Below, in pieces: positions 1 through 8,756 of a DNA stretch of 64,000 nt (positions within the stretch are counted from its first letter, which is position 1; every line of letters starts with the position of its first letter). Below the pieces are notes generated by a model that was given only the letters and a program-made list of their open reading frames with translations, did not search any database and had not been told where the DNA came from. The stretch lies in the IMG/VR virus record IMGVR_UViG_3300036836_000008; one strand, 5' to 3'. The stretch comes from an uncultured virus (IMG/VR IMGVR_UViG_3300036836_000008) (taxonomy: Duplodnaviria; Heunggongvirae; Uroviricota; Caudoviricetes). A program made the translations under genes and the position numbers.

Positions 1-349
1 CAACACGTCCGTTAGGGCCTCTAGAATTGACGAGGAATTTAACTTCAGGCGTCTTGCCCCTCTGGGTCTGCACTACCTTAAATTCCATGTTTTTATCATC
101 AAAGATGGTCTGCAATCCTCTGGTAACCAATTCTTCAATCGTAGCTTGGGCATCGGCTTGCCGTGTTTCACCTATAGATGCTAGAGTGATAGCTACCTTA
201 CTGTATAGGTCAACATCAGATGAGGCTAGGCTGATCTCACCTTGAAGGGCTTTTGCCCTAGATGCAATCAGCCTAGCCTCAGCAATTCGACCATCTACAG
301 TTCTACGAATTCTGCTAGCTCTTTGAACTAGTTCATCTAGATTCTGCAA
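1..349 (-). CDS. SbcC/Rad50-like C-terminal half (partial, runs off window)
   Basis: TTG start after AAGGAAG; open frame MQNLDELVQR...IEELVTRGLQTIFDD...RGKTPEV; coiled coil then a motif typical of the second half of split phage SbcC; not in ORF track. Confidence 0.6.
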   Translation of the reverse strand, partial: MQNLDELVQRASRIRRTVDGRIAEARLIASRAKALQGEISLASSDVDLYSKVAITLASIGETRQADAQATIEELVTRGLQTIFDDKNMEFKVVQTQRGKTPEVKFLVNSRGPNGRV

Positions 350-368
350 TAATCTTCCTTTCGTATAT

Positions 369-824
369 TCACTTTATGTCAATGTTAGGAAACTTGTAAC
401 CATGCTTTTTAGCATCAGCTTCGATAATACGTAGAGCTTCCTTGAACTTCTTAGCTTCGTTTTCTGCTTTTTGCTTAGCGTACAGTTCACGATAAGGCTT
501 AGGCTTCAACCACCCAGGAACTTTAATATCGATTAACCTATAGATTCCATACAGAATCAATGCAAGTATCCCAATCGGAGGAAATGCGGCCAAAAGCGTT
601 GCCGGGAAACTAGCATCACCATAAGATTTGATCTTATTAAGTGCAGCCTTCTCTGGACCTTCGCCTTTGCCGTAATACTTTGTCTCCCAGCGGTCATCGA
701 GCATCAACTTCAGTACCGTAGGATATTTTATACTTACGATGATGTTGTGCCAAACGACCCAAACTGCTACACCAGTAAGTAAGTACCCCAAAATATACAA
801 AAATATAATCACAGCGGTCCCCAA
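369..824 (-). CDS. hypothetical membrane protein
   Basis: 151 aa, two hydrophobic segments. Confidence 0.6.
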   Translation of the reverse strand: MGTAVIIFLYILGYLLTGVAVWVVWHNIIVSIKYPTVLKLMLDDRWETKYYGKGEGPEKAALNKIKSYGDASFPATLLAAFPPIGILALILYGIYRLIDIKVPGWLKPKPYRELYAKQKAENEAKKFKEALRIIEADAKKHGYKFPNIDIK

Positions 825-1031
825 TACTTATCCATCATACGGTTTGCATACAGAGTGATAGCACAAAGCCCCGCAGGAATACCTACAAACTTTGCTGCCA
901 GAATCAGCATGTCTTTGTTTTCACGCAAAGACTCTACCAGAGTAGGATGAATCTCTGGCAAGTCCTCATCGTAGAAGTCTGTCTCCATGTCTAGACAGTA
1001 GCACACACGTTAGTGCACGTCAAGAGCTATA

Positions 1032-1511
1032 TCAGCAGAATCTCTGAGATGCGTCCTGACCGAATTCTATTGCAACAGATGCAGGCATACCAGCAGCTAC
1101 TACCGCAGTCTCTACAGCGTTGACAGCATCAGGATCTGATTCCCAACCATCAGCTACAATAGCTTCACAAGTAGAATTTGCAGCAGCTACAATCTTATAC
1201 TCCTCTACACTAGGATACTTCTTCCCCCATGCACCGATGAATTGTACTTGAGGCGGCTCACTATCTGATGGAGGTAATGAAGTTGCTGGAGTGGTAGGCT
1301 CATTATTTTTAGTAGGTTCAGGATCGTTATTAGGTGATGTAGTAGGAATAGGTGAGCCATTCCTAGTAATCTGAGGTGGAGTCGGAGTGACATCAGGACT
1401 TGCTGATGTCACTACCGGCCCTGGAGTAGGTGTAGGGTTGGGTGTATCAGAACTACAGCCTGATGTTACTACAATAGCAGCCATAGCTAAGCTTAGAACG
1501 GTTTTCTTCAT
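1032..1511 (-). CDS. Pro/Thr-rich lipoprotein
   Basis: signal peptide with lipobox-like VTSG-C, PT-rich linker. Confidence 0.65.
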   Translation of the reverse strand: MKKTVLSLAMAAIVVTSGCSSDTPNPTPTPGPVVTSASPDVTPTPPQITRNGSPIPTTSPNNDPEPTKNNEPTTPATSLPPSDSEPPQVQFIGAWGKKYPSVEEYKIVAAANSTCEAIVADGWESDPDAVNAVETAVVAAGMPASVAIEFGQDASQRFC

Positions 1512-1599
1512 GGGTTACTTCCTTAATGGTTAGTATCTTAGCCGTTAACGACGTTAACGAGCAGTAGGCTGACCCTTATCCGAGCCAGCCTGTAAGCTA

Positions 1600-1872
1600 T
1601 TATGTCAATTCTCGTGCAACCTTGCGGACAGCATCGGCATACTTTGCATCTAGCAGTTGAGTCTCACGAGAAAGTTCGTTAAACGGAATCAAGCTTTTGT
1701 GAATAGGGTTAGATGCGTTCATCCAAATAGACCAAGCATCATGGATATCCTTATAGGTAGTAAGTTCACCTTTGACAAATACTAGAAGCGCATAAAACTC
1801 TAGCAAAGCGTCAGGTACGTTAGGAAGCTCTGTACGCAAAGCTTCCAATACATTCTCTATATAATTCATCAA
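1600..1872 (-). CDS. hypothetical protein
   Basis: 90-aa ORF with AAGGA RBS. Confidence 0.6.
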   Translation of the reverse strand: MMNYIENVLEALRTELPNVPDALLEFYALLVFVKGELTTYKDIHDAWSIWMNASNPIHKSLIPFNELSRETQLLDAKYADAVRKVARELT

Positions 1873-2445
1873 CTATCCTTAGCTTTACGTCGCTGCTCAT
1901 TACTTGCGCCCTTAACTGTTCCCTTACCAACGACACCAGAAGTTGATGGGAAACCCTTTAGCTTCTTTCGTGCATCCTGATCGGCCATCTTGCTTAGCGC
2001 ATTAGCGTTCTTCTCTGCCATAAATCCTTCTTTAGTTAGCTGCTATGTAGCAGGTTCCGATAATTTGCAAGATAATAAGTACAAGATTAAGTGCTGCGAA
2101 TTTACGCTTAGCTACATCTTCAGCTTTAACTAAGGTAGTCAAGGCTCCAATGATTCCTAGTCCGTAAAAAATGAAAAATAAAATTAGTACGAATCGAAAC
2201 ACTCTCAGTTCTCCTTACATGCAGTATACCACTGCATAAACACTCCAACAGTAAAGCCAGCAAAATAACAAAAAATGCTGAAGAGTAGAAAAATTATTGC
2301 ATCAGAACTGAATCCTAGGCCATTGATTGCAAAGTCAACTGTCATCAGCGCAAAAGCAGAACCAAGAAGAAACCATGTAATCAGGTTGTCTGCAAGATAC
2401 TGGAAGTTATGCCTCCAGAGAGCAATAAATGATGTCATACCTATG

Positions 2446-2475
2446 ACTCTAGCAGAAAGGGCCGCCTCGTGTCAA
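2446..2475 (-). promoter_or_regulatory. sigma70/HrdB-type promoter
   Basis: TTGACA-N18-TAGAGT. Confidence 0.6.
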
Positions 2476-2687
2476 CTACCACAAGACGACCCTAGATCTA
2501 AGCTTACAGAAGGAGGCTAACGCCTCCCGGCCCTATCAGTAACCCAACAACAATAAGTACAATACCTAAGAGGAAGTCACGTTGAGTCAACTTGACAATT
2601 CCCCATACAACCAGTACGACTGCTAGCAACCATAAGATAAATTCCATAATTAGCCCCCTATGTCCGGTTTGCTAATTATTAGATCGG

Positions 2688-2921
2688 TCACGCTTTAACT
2701 GCTGAAGCATTTAAATGCTTCAGGTAAGGAAATAGTAAACCCATCCTCATGAGGATGTAGAATCCCCACATGCCGCGCCGTTGCCAGCTCCAAGTCTTCT
2801 TCCTTGGCGGTATTGGGCCGTCAACAGGTATCCTATCGCTTAAAACAAAAAGCCTACCGTAGCGAGGCAAGTAGTCCAGAACTAATATCATCTTGCAAAG
2901 TGCTCTTAGCCAGATATTCAT
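2688..2921 (-). CDS. hypothetical protein starting at tRNA-Ser 3' end
   Basis: ATG separated from the discriminator by one C; MNIWLRALC... Confidence 0.5.
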   Translation of the reverse strand: MNIWLRALCKMILVLDYLPRYGRLFVLSDRIPVDGPIPPRKKTWSWQRRGMWGFYILMRMGLLFPYLKHLNASAVKA

Positions 2922-2922
2922 G

Positions 2923-3006
2923 CGGAAGGTAGAGGAGTCGAGCCCCATAGGTTTCCCTACCATCTATTTAGCAAATAGAGTCACAGACCGCTGTGATTTA
3001 CCTTCC
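2923..3006 (-). tRNA. tRNA-Ser(GCT)
   Basis: GGAAGGT/ACCTTCC acceptor, TCTAT-TTGCTAA-ATAGA, long variable arm, G73. Confidence 0.85.
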
Positions 3007-3037
3007 AAATTGCCTGTCTTTCCAGGCTGTCAAGAAA

Positions 3038-3256
3038 TTAAACCAACTTGTCTACTGGGGTATTTCCATGTCCCCAGAAGTAAGTACCATCGGTAAATCG
3101 GACATCATAGTAGTCAGCTACGCCGCAGCATTCAGGATCGCCACACTCGCCCATATCAATATCGCTGGGCTCGATCTCCTTTACTACACGAAAATCAACA
3201 TCTGTGCGGATAGTGTCACCTTCGCAAACCTCGTAAAGCAGGATCTCCTCAGTCAT
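3038..3256 (-). CDS. acidic hypothetical protein, likely leaderless
   Basis: TAGACA-N17-TAGGAT-N6-ATG. Confidence 0.6.
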   Translation of the reverse strand: MTEEILLYEVCEGDTIRTDVDFRVVKEIEPSDIDMGECGDPECCGVADYYDVRFTDGTYFWGHGNTPVDKLV

Positions 3257-3288
3257 GACACTATCCTAGCACATCAATGTCGTCTTGT

Positions 3289-3765
3289 CTAGTTGGCCTT
3301 CTCGTAAACGGTAATGACCTTCTCCTGCGGAGTCACCTCATAGGTGTCGCCGTCTAGATAACCACCATCATATGAAGCATACCAGCCATCCTTACGAAAG
3401 TATCGAGTAGTTTCTCCATCAGAGATAGAAACAACCATCCAATACTGGTCGCCTTCACCCTCACCACCGTATGCGGCTTCTACCTTTGCGGTGTAATTCT
3501 CATAGGTCTTAGCCTCAGAGCTACCCCAATGGTGCTCCTTCCACATCTGCTCTGAATCGAAGTCAGTAGCTGGGTCAAATGGCTCTACCTCGCCTGACCA
3601 AGAATCTTCGTCGCTGTAGTGAGCAGCTAGGTATTCTTCATAGGTTCCCTCAAAAGATGAACCCCAACGCTGAGGACCACAAGCCGCAGCATATTCTGCA
3701 CGAGTAATAACCTCAAAAGTCTTGGCTACTGCCTCAGGCACGGACATCTCTGCTAGACTAGTCAC
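3289..3765 (-). CDS. hypothetical protein (paralog family, copy 3)
   Basis: C-terminal EVTPQEKVITVYE motif shared with neighbours. Confidence 0.7.
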   Translation of the reverse strand: MTSLAEMSVPEAVAKTFEVITRAEYAAACGPQRWGSSFEGTYEEYLAAHYSDEDSWSGEVEPFDPATDFDSEQMWKEHHWGSSEAKTYENYTAKVEAAYGGEGEGDQYWMVVSISDGETTRYFRKDGWYASYDGGYLDGDTYEVTPQEKVITVYEKAN

Positions 3766-4133
3766 TTACTCTCCCAAACATAGATTGTCTTCTCAGTCTT
3801 CTGTACAGGTGCGATCTCACGAGGATGATAATCGCTACCCTGGAATGATGCATATTCTACAGGTAGCTTATACAGAGCCTCTTCAACTCCATCAGTTACC
3901 TTAAAAACTACGAAACCATCGTTGATGTATCCGTAACCGTATGAATCGTAATTCATCTTAGCGTTGGATGTATCAACCATAGTTACTTCCCAATTCCCAG
4001 GAAGTCCTGTTACAGGAATAACATCTCCTGCATCGATGTAACGGACTTCGTAAAGAAAATCCGCACCCTCATCTGTGTCACCCCATGCTACGAAAGCATC
4101 GCGGACAAGTTCGATATCTGTTACTACTGCCAT
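3762..4133 (-). CDS. hypothetical protein (paralog family, copy 2)
   Basis: C-terminal PVQKTEKTIYVWE. Confidence 0.7.
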   Translation of the reverse strand: MAVVTDIELVRDAFVAWGDTDEGADFLYEVRYIDAGDVIPVTGLPGNWEVTMVDTSNAKMNYDSYGYGYINDGFVVFKVTDGVEEALYKLPVEYASFQGSDYHPREIAPVQKTEKTIYVWESK

Positions 4134-4507
4134 ACTAGTACAACCTTCTCTACTGGTGTTACATTAGTCAGTTCGCCATCCCAGGAAATATGCCCATAAG
4201 AATCACCTGTACCGGTCTTCTTAAAGTAGGCATCACCAACCTGGAATACCAGGAATGTATCAAACTCAGTACCCTGAGGAAGTTCTCCATAGTATGAGTC
4301 GTGATCGATATCGCCGGTGTCGTAATCAGTCTTGGAATCAACTAGTCGCAGGGTCTTACCGTTAGATAGATTCCAAGTAGCGTTCTTGCTGGCACTTTCG
4401 AAGCTGTCCCATCCACCAAGTCTGTTCTTTACATAATCAAGAACAACCTGGCGGTCAAATGCTGGATGAGAAGCTGGTAGTTCAGTCTGACAGGTTGGAC
4501 ACTGCAT
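4124..4507 (-). CDS. hypothetical protein (paralog family, copy 1)
   Basis: N-terminal CPTC, C-terminal NVTPVEKVVLVWQ. Confidence 0.7.
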   Translation of the reverse strand: MQCPTCQTELPASHPAFDRQVVLDYVKNRLGGWDSFESASKNATWNLSNGKTLRLVDSKTDYDTGDIDHDSYYGELPQGTEFDTFLVFQVGDAYFKKTGTGDSYGHISWDGELTNVTPVEKVVLVWQ

Positions 4508-5304
4508 TACATCATTCCTTTCTTAGTCTTGTCTAGAGGCTTAAGCATATGACGCTTTGAATTGTGAATAGCCATGTAGTCGTGAGGTTTGATGAAGTTC
4601 TCAATGTTATTCACGATAAACCTGGCTGACTTTCCGCGAGTCAGCGACGTGATGGTCTTCTTAAGAGCCAGCTTCCATGCAAGTCCAGGACTGAACTTGT
4701 ACTTTGTAGGAATCATCCAGCGCTCAAGTGCAGTAGCCGCAATTTCCTCACGGAAAAGCATTACCTGATTCTCAAATGGCATGCTCCACATCTTAGCAGG
4801 ATCGATATCTACAGTTTCACCATCCTTGAGGATAGCTTCGTATAGTGGACGATCTCCGTAAGCTACAGAATCATGGATAGAATCGTGATCGTAGATTCGT
4901 GTAACAGCGTCATCGAAGAAATCTCCAGCAGACTGAGCTAGATTCATCTGCTTCTTTCCATGAAGCTGAACCCATACAGGGTAAAGTAGCTTATGCAATT
5001 CTAGATCTAGCTTTGCTCCATTACGCTTCAGGAACATCAGATCTGCTACATGCTTATCCCAGCTACCATTCTTAAGTTCCCAATAGGTATGAGAGACCTT
5101 AACAGTATAGAGCTGATCGATAGTAGCATACTGCGCTCCAGGTACATCAAGCTCAGTACCTGCAAAGCTAGCATGCCAGAACATGTCCCCTGGCGGGCCT
5201 TCAGCAATTAGTGACTTAGCAGGATCGTGGAAGTAGTCCAGATCCTTAGGGTTGCGAAAATCAGGAAAATGATGCTTCATAGCTGTAGAGCCAATGATAA
5301 GCAT
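4507..5304 (-). CDS. putative nucleotidyltransferase-fold phage protein
   Basis: N-terminal hhGS...DLD (Pol-beta-like) motif, HDSIH. Confidence 0.5.
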   Translation of the reverse strand: MLIIGSTAMKHHFPDFRNPKDLDYFHDPAKSLIAEGPPGDMFWHASFAGTELDVPGAQYATIDQLYTVKVSHTYWELKNGSWDKHVADLMFLKRNGAKLDLELHKLLYPVWVQLHGKKQMNLAQSAGDFFDDAVTRIYDHDSIHDSVAYGDRPLYEAILKDGETVDIDPAKMWSMPFENQVMLFREEIAATALERWMIPTKYKFSPGLAWKLALKKTITSLTRGKSARFIVNNIENFIKPHDYMAIHNSKRHMLKPLDKTKKGMM

Positions 5305-5620
5305 AATGATTTATTCCTCCGGGAAGTTACCGAAATTGCCGTCAACGGCTATCTTGCCGCTTTGAATGCTCATTACCAAAGCGTTGAAATGAATAGTACA
5401 TAGGTTATGAGGAATAATCATATCCTCGGCGGGCCGGATAGCTACAGAAAATGATGGAGGCATATTACACCCATCAAATCGCTCTAACCCTCTACGCTCT
5501 GCTGCTGTAATCGATGCATAATCTACTGCATCACATTCGATATCGTGAACCTGAACCATATCAGGTGTCAACGGTGTTGCAGTAATAGCTAACAATATAA
5601 CCTTCCTTAACTTATGAGAG

Positions 5621-5712
5621 AGGAAGCACAGGGAGTCGAACCCTCACCCCGGAATTAAACCGCGATGGCCCTGATTTCCAGTCAGGTTAGGCAACCATGC
5701 CAACGTACTTCC
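5621..5712 (-). tRNA. tRNA-Ser(GGA)
   Basis: CCTGA-CTGGAAA-TCAGG, long variable arm, TTCGACT T loop. Confidence 0.8.
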
Positions 5713-5713
5713 A

Positions 5714-5762
5714 TGAGAGAATCTTGATACACCCACACCATAAAGGTATCTCTCACGTGGGC
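5714..5762 (-). ncRNA. inter-tRNA pseudoknot with HDV-like topology
   Basis: GCCCAC/GTGGGT crossing TGAGAGA/TCTCTCA, inner ACC/GGT. Confidence 0.35.
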
Positions 5763-5767
5763 CAACG

Positions 5768-5857
5768 CGGAAGGTAGAGGTTTCGAGCCCCTGCCCGGCT
5801 ATTAACCCGACACCCTAGCTTTCAAGGCTAGTTGCAGAACCATCTGCGGTACCTTCC
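5768..5857 (-). tRNA. tRNA-Ser(TGA)
   Basis: CTAGC-CTTGAAA-GCTAG, long variable arm, G73. Confidence 0.85.
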
Positions 5858-6236
5858 AATACCCCGAAGGGCAATACTTAATTATATCACAATTAGTCGT
5901 CTTGCTCTACTAGTTGTAAGGTTACATCTGGATCAGAATAAAGCCAATTTAGTGTCTCAGCAGGATCACTCTCTGCAAGTTTACGATCAGCATCTAGCTG
6001 CTCTTCAAAGGTAACGTTTTGTAGGTCATCCAGATAATACATACCTCTTATAGTTACCTCTACCCACCTACCCATCAGCCGGTGAAGTGGTTAACGAGAG
6101 CGATGATGGCCCAAAGTACAACACCAACGACTGTTAGCCAAAGTACAACACTTAGAATCCAAATCTTACCGAAGTTACGGAAGATCCATTCAAATGCCTT
6201 ATCCAAAACGTTTCTCCTAAAATTAGTTTACTTGCG

Positions 6237-6318
6237 TGGAAGTGGTGGGGCTCGAACCCACGTGGACCAACTACGGCATTATAATCCCCTGTTTATAAGA
6301 CAGGACCGATACACTTCC
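6237..6318 (-). tRNA. D-armless tRNA-like RNA, anticodon TAT (Ile)
   Basis: GGAAGTG/CACTTCC-A acceptor, 7-nt linker instead of D arm, CCTGT-CTTATAA-ACAGG, long variable arm, canonical T arm. Confidence 0.65.
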
Positions 6319-6322
6319 TTGA

Positions 6323-6442
6323 ATCAAGCGGAGGTCTTGCACCTCTCGTACCCTCAGCGCAACTAGTATTTGCTGTCTCCCTCGTGGCCTTTGAAGTCTG
6401 AACGGGGCGCTCCTAGAGGGATCTCCTCTCAGCTCGCTTGAT
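6323..6442 (-). ncRNA. promoter-initiated tRNA-like structured RNA
   Basis: ATCAAGCG/CGCTTGAT terminal stem, GAGG-TGCAAGA-CCTC T-like arm; starts 7 nt below a -10 box. Confidence 0.55.
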
Positions 6443-6448
6443 GTGTCT

Positions 6449-6477
6449 AGCCTAGCATCTGAGGCTAGGTATGTCAA
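6449..6477 (-). promoter_or_regulatory. sigma70-type promoter
   Basis: TTGACA-N17-TAGGCT. Confidence 0.65.
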
Positions 6478-6766
6478 CAGATAAGGCGAGCCATCCCTGA
6501 CCCGCCTTATTCCTTATGTCCACAAAGTGGGAAAGATCTCCGCTAGCTTACGCATAGCTTCCTGGCCTTCCCTGGTAAGTCTTGTCTCATCTCCAAGACT
6601 GTTATCTGCGTTAAACTTATCTTTGTATCGCTCAAGTTTATCAGCAATATCAGTAAGTTCATCTACATCAATAATAACTCGCTCACCGGCATTCTTGATG
6701 TAGTCTCTTAGCTCATAAGAAATTACTCCAGCCAGGTACAGATCAAGATTCCACCATCTCGGTGTA

Positions 6767-7234
6767 TCAGCCGCCACCAGAAGCACCCTTTCCTCCACCA
6801 GAGCTTCCGCCCTTACCTACAGTTCCAGCCTTCGGCAGACTAGATCCAGGTCCACCTTTACCTACTACATTCGGCTTGATTGTACCGTTTGAAATAGTTC
6901 CACGAGGCGGCAAACCAAACTTCTGACGAGCAGCAATATCATTAGCTCTGAACTTCTGAGCACCAGCAGGAACGCGAGATCCTACCTTGTGCGGAGAAGA
7001 TCCATGAATAGAACTTCCCATGTAGAAGAAAAAGAAACCAGAATCTACATCGCCACTAGAGTTGTCACAGTATTCAGGATCAACTACAACACCATTCTCG
7101 TCAGCGCAGTAGAAAACACCATCCTCATTAGGATCTTCGTCTTGAGGGGTATCGCAAGCCATAAGACCACCTACGGTCAGCATTGCAAAGGTACTGGTCA
7201 GCGCAACTCGGCGCGAAAACATGCGTCGGGTCAT
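6767..7234 (-). CDS. actinobacterial lipoprotein with Gly-rich tail
   Basis: SRR plus lipobox LMAC, FYCADENGVVVDPEYCD, Gly-rich C-terminus. Confidence 0.65.
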   Translation of the reverse strand: MTRRMFSRRVALTSTFAMLTVGGLMACDTPQDEDPNEDGVFYCADENGVVVDPEYCDNSSGDVDSGFFFFYMGSSIHGSSPHKVGSRVPAGAQKFRANDIAARQKFGLPPRGTISNGTIKPNVVGKGGPGSSLPKAGTVGKGGSSGGGKGASGGG

Positions 7235-7649
7235 CTAGACCGATCGCCCTTTCTGTGTTAAGTCGTTGTTGACATAAGCCTAGCAGTTCAGTCTACTGAT
7301 GTCAAGGTGTGTACTTGATGTCGCTGATCGGTGTGCCGATGTCACGAATAGGGCTATCGCTGTTTCCAGTTCTATAATGAGGTTGGTGAGCTGGAGGTAG
7401 TGCAGGAGTATGCACAGGAGCTATACTGACAGTAATGCCATCTAGTTTACCCAGCGTCTCTAGTACCTCCTGCAATTTAACGTAGGAGCCTACAGTAACA
7501 GAAACCATTACTGGCTTATCTAGTTTTACAGGATTCATTAAGGTTTTCCTTTCAGGTATAAAAATAGACCAGCTTCTTCTGTCTCCCGCAAGATTTACAT
7601 CTCTTAGGATGGTACTCACTTTAAACAGAAAGGCGCTAGTCAGGCCCGA

Positions 7650-7724
7650 TGGTACGCCGTGAGAATTACGATATCTCGACCCTCCGCTTAAGAGGCGGAT
7701 GCTCTTCCTCTGAGCTAACGGCGC
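7650..7724 (-). tRNA. tRNA-Lys(CTT), CCA encoded
   Basis: TCCGC-CTCTTAA-GCGGA; atypical T loop ATCGTAA. Confidence 0.85.
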
Positions 7725-7795
7725 TAGGATAGTTTCTAGGTCTCGGTGACTTTGTGGTCAGCTACCCTAAGGTACTATCAACCCGTTAGATGATT

Positions 7796-7896
7796 GCTGG
7801 CGGCCCTGAGAGCGTAACACTCTAACCATCGGGTTTCCCATCCTGGTTTAAAAGCCTTTGGATGGGCTTCAGGCTCTTATCTAGTGTTAGACCAGC
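7796..7896 (-). ncRNA. multi-branched structured RNA
   Basis: GCTGG/CCAGC closing; CCTG/CAGG enclosing CCCATCC/GGATGGG, AACC/GGTT and AGAGTG/CGCTCT hairpins. Confidence 0.45.
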
Positions 7897-7900
7897 TAGC

Positions 7901-8155
7901 TTACTTCTTCTTTTTCTTGTTTGCCTTGTCAACGATTTCCTGAGCCTTCTTTAGGTCACGATCACGTTCAGCCTGAGTCTTGGCTAGATACTTGTTAGTC
8001 TTCGGCTGAACTACCTGCCTAGCTGTAGCCAGGAATACCTCATCTACTTCACCGCGCTTAACCTTATTAGGATTAAGGTCTTTCTTAGGCAAGATACTAA
8101 CCTCTTTCTTTTTAGGAAAACTTGGTGCTGGCAGAATGCGATCCAACTGACTCAC
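7901..8155 (-). CDS. Lys-rich hypothetical protein
   Basis: 84-aa basic ORF. Confidence 0.55.
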   Translation of the reverse strand: MSQLDRILPAPSFPKKKEVSILPKKDLNPNKVKRGEVDEVFLATARQVVQPKTNKYLAKTQAERDRDLKKAQEIVDKANKKKKK

Positions 8156-8205
8156 ATGTCTCTCATTCTTTTACCTAGTCCTAGGCCAGCTATGTGATTT
8201 TGATA

Positions 8206-8295
8206 GGACAGGGCGGAGATCTTGCACTCTCCTGGGATCACCGTGCTACCAGAATTGCTGCGGAATCGAACCGCACCCTCTATGTGACCCTGACC
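8206..8295 (-). ncRNA. double T-arm tRNA-like RNA
   Basis: CAGGG/CCCTG closing; TGCGG-TTCGATT-CCGCA and GGAGA-GTGCAAGA-TCTCC. Confidence 0.5.
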
Positions 8296-8312
8296 TTTTC
8301 GTTAAGTTAAAG

Positions 8313-8401
8313 GAGCAGCAGGTTTCACCGCTTTATCGAGCGGGAGTGACCCTTTATAGGGATGGTTAGGCCCTTATATTCGGTAACCAGCCGAACTACT
8401 C
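8313..8401 (-). ncRNA. cloverleaf-like RNA without tRNA consensus
   Basis: 7-bp GAGTAGT/GCTGCTC stem enclosing three hairpins. Confidence 0.4.
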
Positions 8402-8406
8402 GTGCG

Positions 8407-8476
8407 TGCACCAGGAAGGACTCGAACCCTCGTGCTACTGATTTACAGTCAGCGCCCCCAACCTTAGGTCTGATGC
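8407..8476 (-). tRNA. tRNA-Tyr(GTA), short variable loop
   Basis: GCTGA-CTGTAAA-TCAGT, TTCGAGT T loop, A73. Confidence 0.75.
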
Positions 8477-8516
8477 GTTACCTGAATTAGCAGCTCAGGC
8501 GGGCTGTCATACTTCA

Positions 8517-8545
8517 ATCCTAGCACTTGGTTCTTGCTCTGTCAA
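8517..8545 (-). promoter_or_regulatory. sigma70-type promoter
   Basis: TTGACA-N17-TAGGAT. Confidence 0.6.
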
Positions 8546-8756
8546 GCTCAGAACCAAGAAGAAATCCAGGTCCAAATAATATCGATGCGAGTCATTTACC
8601 CACCTCCGATCATGCCGTAACTAGATTACATGATGATCATCGGTTTGTCAATGCTTCCGAACCTTCTTATTACTCTTAGGCTTCTTGATCTTTACAGCAG
8701 AGTCATCAGCATCTTCTTTGTCTTGCCAGTCAGCTTACACCGTGACTGACAAGATA

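Noticed and set aside
6388..6400. CTTCAAA, a tRNA-Sec-like anticodon loop
   Set aside because: No flanking anticodon stem and no Sec-type D or variable arms
7815..7875. Hammerhead-like CTGAAG...GAAAC
   Set aside because: A9 is replaced by C, stem II starts C-G, and stem I cannot form next to the cleavage site
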